Of a DNA stretch of 64,000 nt, positions 57,331 to 64,000 are shown piece by piece. This DNA is from a virus (Duplodnaviria > Heunggongvirae > Uroviricota > Caudoviricetes). The stretch is taken from the IMG/VR virus record IMGVR_UViG_3300032053_000007, one strand, 5' to 3'. The position numbers were made by a program, and so were the translations under genes. The notes beneath the pieces are model-generated. The model searched no databases. It was not told the origin of the DNA and was given only the letters and a program-made list of their open reading frames with translations. How positions within the stretch are numbered: position 1 is the first letter of the stretch; every line of letters starts with the position of its first letter.

Positions 57331-57809
57331 CAAGTACATATCTAGCTGGACCTATAGGTGTAGTCATTGAAAAGGGTGCTATGGAATGGAGACAAAATAT
57401 AGGTGGTTCATTATCAAGAATGGGAATAGAAGTTTTAAATCCTATGGGAGAAACTGGCGGAGATAGGTTAGGAAAAAACAGAGCCAAGCTAAAGATATGG
57501 ATGGAAAATGGAGAAGTTGATAAAGTAAGAGCTTTTGTAAAAAACATTGTTATTCCCCCAGATTTGAAGATGGTTGAAAAATGCGATTTCATTACTCTTT
57601 ATGTTCCAGAAGATAATGGATATGAAATCTGTGGAACTTACGGTGAAGCAACTTTGCAGTTTTATCTCAAGAAGCCATTGCTCGTTGTAACTGATAGAAG
57701 TTTGAAGCCCATAAAACTTCCAGCATGGCTTATAGGTTGCTCTACAAAAATATTCCAATCATGGGCTAAGTATTTAGAATACATAAAAGATACATATACA
57801 GATGATTAG
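57327..57809 (+). CDS. Nucleoside 2-deoxyribosyltransferase-like protein
   Basis: YLAGP..WR..NP..D..CD..GTYGE. Confidence 0.8.
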   Translation: MTSTYLAGPIGVVIEKGAMEWRQNIGGSLSRMGIEVLNPMGETGGDRLGKNRAKLKIWMENGEVDKVRAFVKNIVIPPDLKMVEKCDFITLYVPEDNGYEICGTYGEATLQFYLKKPLLVVTDRSLKPIKLPAWLIGCSTKIFQSWAKYLEYIKDTYTDD

Positions 57810-57960
57810 ATGGACAAAGATGTTTTTACACAGCCAGACGGCACATGGATAAGTTGCGAAGAATGCACATATTGTGGAAAGAATGAAGGACGAAGATGTA
57901 TCAATTATTGGCAACAAATGTTTGTAAAACGTGCAGACCGAAATTGTGAGGAAAATCTAA

Positions 57961-59100
57961 TTGGATAAGGACCATATATCTAAAGAGGAATTTCTTCTAG
58001 AATTTTTTGGGATGCTTGGTAGAGAACTGGCGGACCCAGCACAGTATTTTACAGATAATCCTAACGACATATTTCAATTTATGGAAGACTGTTGTGTTCA
58101 GAAGAAGCCAGCTTTCATTAGTGTTAATCCTAGAGATGCCCACGAGAAAGTTTCTGGAATAGAAAAGTTGTTCTTTGACTTTGACTATGCAGATAAAACA
58201 TTCGTTAAGAAGTTAGAACAAAGAATAAAGGACCTAGCTAAACGCGAAGTAGTTTATGAGAAAAGAAAAATAGAGATGCGAAAAGAAGTTAGCTTTTTCC
58301 TATCTAAGCTAAAGGGAAGAGGTATTATTCCGCTTGTAGTAAAAACAAGAAAAGGATTCCATGTTTATATCTATCTTGATAAAGTTTACACGGTAACGGA
58401 CAACAATGAGGAAGTTCTTAAAGAGACATATTATCAACTTCAACGTGAATTTATGCGAGACAAAAAAGGCGGTTATGAATATCTCGATAATGCAGTTATT
58501 GGAGATTTCAAACGGATGTGTAGAATACCAACTTCTGTTCATGAAGTAAGTGGTGAAGAATGCTATCTTATTGAGGATATAGAAGGGGATAAAATCACAA
58601 AAGCCAAGTTTCGTGGTATAGACGATTTTAGGTTAAACGGTCTGAAAGATGAGGATTGGTTACGTGGGGTTGGTTTGGCATACGATGAAATCAAAAAGAG
58701 GGAACTCGCGGTTATTAAGAACAAAGAAGAGCATAAAGAGAATTGGGAAATGTCTCATGGATTCGTAGGCAAGATTAGACCTTGTTTTCAACGGCGAATG
58801 GAAGCTGGGGAAATGGGTCATCAAATGCGTTTGGCTCTTGAACTTGAAGCATATTGGGCTGGGTATAATACTTTCGAAAAGATGAAGGAATTATTTAGAT
58901 GTTTTCACGATTATGACGGGGATAATCCTATTAGTAGTAAATGTCGGGACCAACTTGAGTGGTTCTTTAAAACTAAAGTTCCAGAGATAGAGAAAAGTCA
59001 TAAGTGGAAACCATATCGTTGTACCACAATTGAAGACCTCAACTGGTGCGACAAATTACAATGTCCAATCTACAGACGAAGGAAAGAAAAAAATGAATAA
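57961..59100 (+). CDS. Archaeo-eukaryotic primase, PriS catalytic domain fused to PriL-like Fe-S domain
   Basis: FFDFD, TRKGFHVY, RMCRIP; C-terminal RPCF..HQMR..PYRC..C..CP. Confidence 0.82.
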   Translation: MDKDHISKEEFLLEFFGMLGRELADPAQYFTDNPNDIFQFMEDCCVQKKPAFISVNPRDAHEKVSGIEKLFFDFDYADKTFVKKLEQRIKDLAKREVVYEKRKIEMRKEVSFFLSKLKGRGIIPLVVKTRKGFHVYIYLDKVYTVTDNNEEVLKETYYQLQREFMRDKKGGYEYLDNAVIGDFKRMCRIPTSVHEVSGEECYLIEDIEGDKITKAKFRGIDDFRLNGLKDEDWLRGVGLAYDEIKKRELAVIKNKEEHKENWEMSHGFVGKIRPCFQRRMEAGEMGHQMRLALELEAYWAGYNTFEKMKELFRCFHDYDGDNPISSKCRDQLEWFFKTKVPEIEKSHKWKPYRCTTIEDLNWCDKLQCPIYRRRKEKNE

Positions 59101-59168
59101 AAAACTGTTAAGTAGAACAGAAAGGCTTAAATACTGGTTTATACTTCTTATTACTCAGGTGAAAGAAT

Positions 59169-59717
59169 ATGCCATATAAAGACCCTAAAAAACAAAAACA
59201 ATGGAATAAGGATTATCGTAAGAAGAATAAAGATAAACTAGATAAGCGTTCGGCAGATTGGAGAAGAAACAATCATAAAAGGTTTTTGACTAAATTGAAT
59301 GATTGGAGAGAAAGAAATAAACAACGAATTCGAGATGCTAGTAATCGTTATCATAGAAAACTAAAGATGATTGTGATTATTCACTACGGTGGCGACCCAC
59401 CTAAGTGTGCCTGTTGTGGGGAAACCAATATTGAGTTTCTATCAATTGACCACGTTAATGGCGGCGGAAACGCTCATCGAAGACAATTGAAAACTCGTAA
59501 CGGATGGGCGTTCTATCTCTGGCTCATCAAGAATAATTATCCAGAAGGGTATCAAGTGCTTTGCTTCAATTGTAATCTTTCTAAAGGATTTTATGGATAT
59601 TGTCCACATCAAACTTGTAAACATTATGATAGAGAAGAAATTAATCTTGGTTTGGTTGGCAAAACTCCACCCGTTTTAAGATGCAAAATCTGCGGTTTAT
59701 ATTTAGACAGGAAGTAA
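59169..59717 (+). CDS. HNH-like endonuclease
   Basis: YGG..CACCGE..LSIDHVNGGG..YQVLCFNCN. Confidence 0.82.
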   Translation: MPYKDPKKQKQWNKDYRKKNKDKLDKRSADWRRNNHKRFLTKLNDWRERNKQRIRDASNRYHRKLKMIVIIHYGGDPPKCACCGETNIEFLSIDHVNGGGNAHRRQLKTRNGWAFYLWLIKNNYPEGYQVLCFNCNLSKGFYGYCPHQTCKHYDREEINLGLVGKTPPVLRCKICGLYLDRK

Positions 59718-59813
59718 TAAAAATGCAAAAAAATCAAAGAAAAAATAGACCAAAAAAGAAAGAAGTTTCACAAGAAAAGTGGGACGAACAATTAGAAAAT
59801 TTGAAAAGGCAGT

Positions 59814-60044
59814 ATGAACATGGCGGAAAAAGAAAAGAAGAAGTACAACCGTCCAGCGGGAATAGCACCGAGAAATAAGCAATCCCACGCTCAATATGTC
59901 TGGATACGAAATATGTTTTGTCGTTTGGATAGAATAGATGCTCGGTTGGATAATATGGAAGAATTTCTCAAACCTTTTGGGTATGATAACCGTAAGGTTT
60001 ATAAGGAAGAAAATGAACAGTCTAGTAAGGTTGGAACACCATGA
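59814..60044 (+). CDS. Hypothetical protein
   Basis: ATGA-coupled to the next gene. Confidence 0.5.
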   Translation: MNMAEKEKKKYNRPAGIAPRNKQSHAQYVWIRNMFCRLDRIDARLDNMEEFLKPFGYDNRKVYKEENEQSSKVGTP

Positions 60045-60598
60045 GAAAACCACCAAAAGAACCTGAAGGAAAATCTGATTATGAAATTAAGGATTCTGGT
60101 TCACGTAGAGAATTTGGAACAGGTGCAGTTAGAGATATGGCTATTGGGAAAGGTCGGTTTGACCTTTTGCCGTGGGCTGTTATTCGAGCAATTGCCATTC
60201 ATTATCAGAAAGGTTGTGAAAAGTACGGGGACCGAAATTGGGAAAAAGGTTTGCCAGTAAAGTCTTTTTTGGACTCAGCTATACGTCATGCCGCGCAAGT
60301 TATCGATGGACGAAATGATGAGAACCATCTTATAGCGGCGATATGGAATCTTCTATGTGCTTATCAAACTATTCTATGGATTCAAGAAGGCAAACGTCCA
60401 GCAGAACTTTATGATTTGCCACGTAAAATCACTCTTCCAGACCCCTATGGAGAATACATAATGGAAATGATTGACGGAAAACCAACAATAGTAGCCGCTA
60501 CAGAAAGCAAACTTAATGATTGGACTAAGATTCCCCCATTGAAGGAATTGGCAAAGTCAATCAAAAAGGATGAAAAAGGGCGTAAAAAACGTCAATAA
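60041..60598 (+). CDS. DUF5664-like dATP/dGTP diphosphohydrolase
   Basis: FGTGAVRD..KGRFDLLP..KYGDRNWEKG..RH..HL.AA.WN. Confidence 0.85.
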   Translation: MRKPPKEPEGKSDYEIKDSGSRREFGTGAVRDMAIGKGRFDLLPWAVIRAIAIHYQKGCEKYGDRNWEKGLPVKSFLDSAIRHAAQVIDGRNDENHLIAAIWNLLCAYQTILWIQEGKRPAELYDLPRKITLPDPYGEYIMEMIDGKPTIVAATESKLNDWTKIPPLKELAKSIKKDEKGRKKRQ

Positions 60599-60657
60599 TT
60601 CTGTTAAAGTGAACCATAACCTTTATATATCCGTTTGTATTATGTATTATGTAATAG

Positions 60658-63243
60658 GTGTTATGCATGAGCACAAAGACTAGGAAAGCCATAAAGCGCA
60701 ATCCAGCCAATTTTAACACTCGTGATTTACGTGAATATATCATTGATGAGGTACAAAAAACTGGAAAGAGCAAAGAGGAAATTCTTGAGGAAACATTCCA
60801 TGATGGTTATGTGGTCATTAGTGAGTCTGGCGATGGAGCATTTAAGGTTGAGGGTGGACAACTTTTTAAACCAACTGGTGAAAAAGTAGATGACCTAACC
60901 GAATGTCGCCGATTGAGGGAAAGATTTGGTCCTATATCCGCTTGTGTTGAATATATCAAAGACATTATTCTTGGAAGCGGCATTGATGTTGTGCTTAACG
61001 ATATAACTGACTCACATCAGAAAGATGTAAAGAAAGAACTTCAACAATGGATGGATAATATTTACCAAGACGTTTATACTATCGGTCTAAATTCTTTGCT
61101 TAACATTCTTGTTGATAATGCTCTTACTGACGGGTTTGCCGCCGCTGAAATAGTTTATGAAACTGATGAAGACTACTTTTCAAAATATGCCAAGCCAATA
61201 ACATCCTCATCGATGTCTCAAGAGGGTGGGAAACTTGCAAAATCTGATTATACATCTTATGAAATTACAGACCCAATATGGAGTGACTTGAAAGGAATAT
61301 CTAGATTGAAAATCTTTCTTGATGCACCTACAAGATTGAGACTCTATAGAAAAGGTAGAACATGGGAAGCCGATTATTGGGTTCTCGACCAGCCTAACGT
61401 AGCTGGTGCTCAAGCTGGTATGACTTCATCTTCTCAGAAGAATCTTCAACAAGGTACACCTATGCAACTTACAAGTGCAGATTTAGTAAGGTCAACTATA
61501 GTAGGTTCAAAACAGGCACTTGTTAAACCATCCGCGTATTTTCTCCCGTGGCAGATATTCTCTCTCTCAGTAACTCGAAGAAATTGGCTAGAAAAAGGAC
61601 CGAGCATAATTCTTCCAGCTATGAAAACTGCTCAACTGCTTGAGAAAATTATGAATGCAGTTGGCGAAGGAATCTATCGCGCGGGCAACAAGAAATACTT
61701 CATAATCTGTGGCACTAAGGATAGACCGTGGGGAGCTATACACATTCGTAACTTGTTATCACAAATCAAGGACGCATCTGAGAAAAACTGGTCAACAATT
61801 CCAGTTCCAGCGGGGTTTGATTTGAAGGAAGCTGGTGGACAAGTTTTCGAAGCACAAAACGCCATCAATTACTTCTTGAGGGTTATCGCTGGCATTATGC
61901 ATGTTAATGCATCTGTTCTTGGATTAGATGCTCGTGAAGGAAGAAATGTAACTGATTTTTCATATTCTTCACATATAAGATTGAAGCAAGAAATGTTAAA
62001 TCAAATAAGAACACAACTTTTCCGATTACATATATGGGCAAAATATGGTGAAAAGAAGAGCAAGCAAGGTGGGTATAACGAGCCTACATTGATTCCAACA
62101 ATAAGAGCAATGACAGAGGATTTGCTTAATCCAGCAGACCGTTTGAAGTTAGACATAGATATTCTCAATGCGGCTAACCCCGTAATGCCACAAACTAAAC
62201 TCGAAGTTGAACGCGATATTGTGAAAACCAGAGGATGGGAAGTTATTCTTCCATCTCAGGAAGAGTTTATGATTGAACTAAAGAAGAAACAGGAAGAGGA
62301 TGAAGCATTTAAGAAGGAACAACGGAACGCACAAATAAAGAATATGCAACAGCCTAAAGCCCCAGAAGAGAAGGGCGACAAAACTATGGGACCACCTTCT
62401 CCGCCAAGTGCTGAGAAACAACAGAAGCGTCAAGAAGCTGGAATGAATAAGCAAAAAGTTGGTGCAAAAGAAACCCCACCTAGAGGAAGTACAAGAACCC
62501 CAGCAGAAGCTAAGAGACAAGTACAAGAATCAATAATGATAGAAGAAACAATTCCACAAGTAACGAAAGTTGGCGATACTTTTACAATTGCTAATCCATT
62601 CAATTCTCCTAGCACAGCTTCAAAAGAAGAGTTCGCTGGAATAACAATAGAAGTTGTAGAATTGTCTGGCGATGATGGGTATATTGCCAGATATAATAGG
62701 GACCTTACAAAGATTTATATGGACCCACTTGTTCCAGTAGAATTTTACAAACCAATGATTGCTCGTGAAATCTTGGAATACATTTTTGAACAAGATATGG
62801 ACTATCCATTTAAAGAAGCTGAACGAATGGCTACAAATTTCGAAATAAAATTCGTCAAAAAACTCGGAATCAGTCCAGATGTTTATGCAAGAAAATGTGC
62901 AGAGATTGTTGCAGAAGTTTCAAAGAGAACTGGTATAGAAAATCCCCCAGATGTAGTAGAGCATGATGATGTTCAGGAAAGTGAACAAAAACCAGTAGAA
63001 CACCAGAAGGTCGATGTAAACATTACAGTCGAAGCAAAACAGCCAGAAAAAACCCAGCATGAAATTACAATCAAGACAGAGCCACTTCAGGTTAAAACTG
63101 AAAAACAAGAAGTAGAAGTTAAACTCAAACAAGACCTAACTCTCACAGAAGACCCAGAGAAGAAAAAAGAGGAAGCTGACCTTCGGAAAAAGAAAAAGGA
63201 AATCTTAGAAAAAATGGATAAGAAACTCAAGGAAGATGAGTAG
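60658..63243 (+). CDS. Portal protein with long C-terminal extension
   Basis: ISACVEYIKDIILGSG..ALTDGFA..EIVY portal pattern; ~330-aa charged extension. Confidence 0.75.
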   Translation: MLCMSTKTRKAIKRNPANFNTRDLREYIIDEVQKTGKSKEEILEETFHDGYVVISESGDGAFKVEGGQLFKPTGEKVDDLTECRRLRERFGPISACVEYIKDIILGSGIDVVLNDITDSHQKDVKKELQQWMDNIYQDVYTIGLNSLLNILVDNALTDGFAAAEIVYETDEDYFSKYAKPITSSSMSQEGGKLAKSDYTSYEITDPIWSDLKGISRLKIFLDAPTRLRLYRKGRTWEADYWVLDQPNVAGAQAGMTSSSQKNLQQGTPMQLTSADLVRSTIVGSKQALVKPSAYFLPWQIFSLSVTRRNWLEKGPSIILPAMKTAQLLEKIMNAVGEGIYRAGNKKYFIICGTKDRPWGAIHIRNLLSQIKDASEKNWSTIPVPAGFDLKEAGGQVFEAQNAINYFLRVIAGIMHVNASVLGLDAREGRNVTDFSYSSHIRLKQEMLNQIRTQLFRLHIWAKYGEKKSKQGGYNEPTLIPTIRAMTEDLLNPADRLKLDIDILNAANPVMPQTKLEVERDIVKTRGWEVILPSQEEFMIELKKKQEEDEAFKKEQRNAQIKNMQQPKAPEEKGDKTMGPPSPPSAEKQQKRQEAGMNKQKVGAKETPPRGSTRTPAEAKRQVQESIMIEETIPQVTKVGDTFTIANPFNSPSTASKEEFAGITIEVVELSGDDGYIARYNRDLTKIYMDPLVPVEFYKPMIAREILEYIFEQDMDYPFKEAERMATNFEIKFVKKLGISPDVYARKCAEIVAEVSKRTGIENPPDVVEHDDVQESEQKPVEHQKVDVNITVEAKQPEKTQHEITIKTEPLQVKTEKQEVEVKLKQDLTLTEDPEKKKEEADLRKKKKEILEKMDKKLKEDE

Positions 63244-63245
63244 AA

Positions 63246-63623
63246 ATGTCTGAGCAAATAGATAACTTACAAATCTACGCTGATGAACCGTGCACCCAAC
63301 CAATTTCTACTATTGGGTGGAGCAATTCTATAAAGATAAAACTTGCAGATGGAACAGAAAAAATTCTTCCTAATACCGCTCGTGGTGGAGATAAAGCAAC
63401 AATCACAGTCTGGATAAAGAACAAATCTCCATACGACTATGGTATAACTGGAATATCATTTGATGACAGCAGGGTTCAAATAATTCTTTCCTCATCTTGG
63501 GTGTATCCTAATCGACCAACACAAATGACAATCGTTTTCCCCGTGCCCGTCAACCCAACAAAAGACGACATCATAAAAGCTGGCAAAATCAACATAATAG
63601 GCTACTACATCTATAAATCCTAA
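63246..63623 (+). CDS. Hypothetical (likely virion, Ig-like) protein
   Basis: Beta-rich ORF after portal. Confidence 0.6.
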   Translation: MSEQIDNLQIYADEPCTQPISTIGWSNSIKIKLADGTEKILPNTARGGDKATITVWIKNKSPYDYGITGISFDDSRVQIILSSSWVYPNRPTQMTIVFPVPVNPTKDDIIKAGKINIIGYYIYKS

Positions 63624-63699
63624 GTTTTTTCTTTTTTTTATTAAAGTCAAGCGAAACGTTTATATAGTCGATTGACTATGTTATTTCTTGTGATACAAA

Positions 63700-64000
63700 A
63701 TGGTATTCAAGTTCGAACACCCAGAAAATAGGCATCAAAGATATTACGCCAGACACAGGGATGAAATCAAATCTCAACAAAAAGAGTACAAACGGAATAT
63801 GACAAAGGAACAACGAGAAGAAAAACGAATATATGAACGTGCATATTCTAAAACAGACAAATTCAAGAGTCATAGACATATTTACTATCAGAAACTTGTT
63901 GAAAAGTATAAAGTCGAAGTCTTTCAATTGCTCGGCGGAAAGTGTGTTCGTTGTGGGTTTTCAGACCCCAGAGGCTTTCAAATCGACCATATCAACGGTG
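63700..64000 (+). CDS. HNH-like endonuclease, truncated by window end
   Basis: Open frame from ATG 63700: LLGGKCVRCGFSDPRGFQIDHING. Confidence 0.8.
   Translation, partial: MVFKFEHPENRHQRYYARHRDEIKSQQKEYKRNMTKEQREEKRIYERAYSKTDKFKSHRHIYYQKLVEKYKVEVFQLLGGKCVRCGFSDPRGFQIDHING

Noticed and set aside
4144-63927. Numerous short antisense or nested ORFs inside long genes (e.g. 4144-4503, 12480-12734, 20786-21301, 43389-43839, 52935-53342)
   Set aside because: Shadow frames of real genes with no independent expression signals
1-64000. Genome-wide reassignment of UGA (or UAG) to an amino acid
   Set aside because: Well-defined genes end in TAA, TAG and TGA, ATGA coupling is common, and long ORFs are uninterrupted; only the aRF1-like gene has in-frame stops
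1-64000. Integrase, att site or host flanking DNA (provirus)
   Set aside because: No recombinase recognised and no host housekeeping genes; the tRNAs are divergent, virus-type copies

Overview
The window is part of a tailed archaeal dsDNA virus genome (Caudoviricetes-like, HK97 capsid). An archaeal host is indicated by BRE-TATA promoters in front of most genes, PolB, RadA, a PriS-PriL primase, an aRF1 homolog, a BHB tRNA intron, tRNA-Tyr C1:G72 and tRNA-Gln A1:U72. It carries nucleotide-metabolism genes (class II RNR, dCMP deaminase, dimeric dUTPase, NUDIX, NDT-like, DUF5664-like), replication genes, scattered head and tail genes, and about nine HNH-type genes. The striking part is a translation/RNA island at about 6.1-11.1 kb. 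It holds (i) several orphan structured RNAs, including a ~1-kb multi-domain RNA built from repeated AUAGUCA...GAC-flanked arms; (ii) 25 tRNA genes covering all 20 amino acids, six with C33 instead of U33; (iii) a tRNA-Leu carrying three tandem anticodon modules (UAA, CAA, AAG) that fit alternative BHB-like splicing; and (iv) an aRF1-like gene with two in-frame UGA codons, GGS instead of GGQ, and no C domain. Also notable are a circularly permuted metallophosphoesterase, a dispersed 7-2-7 palindromic operator-like site and a -1 frameshift tail chaperone. All family calls are motif recognition by eye; no database search or folding program was run.
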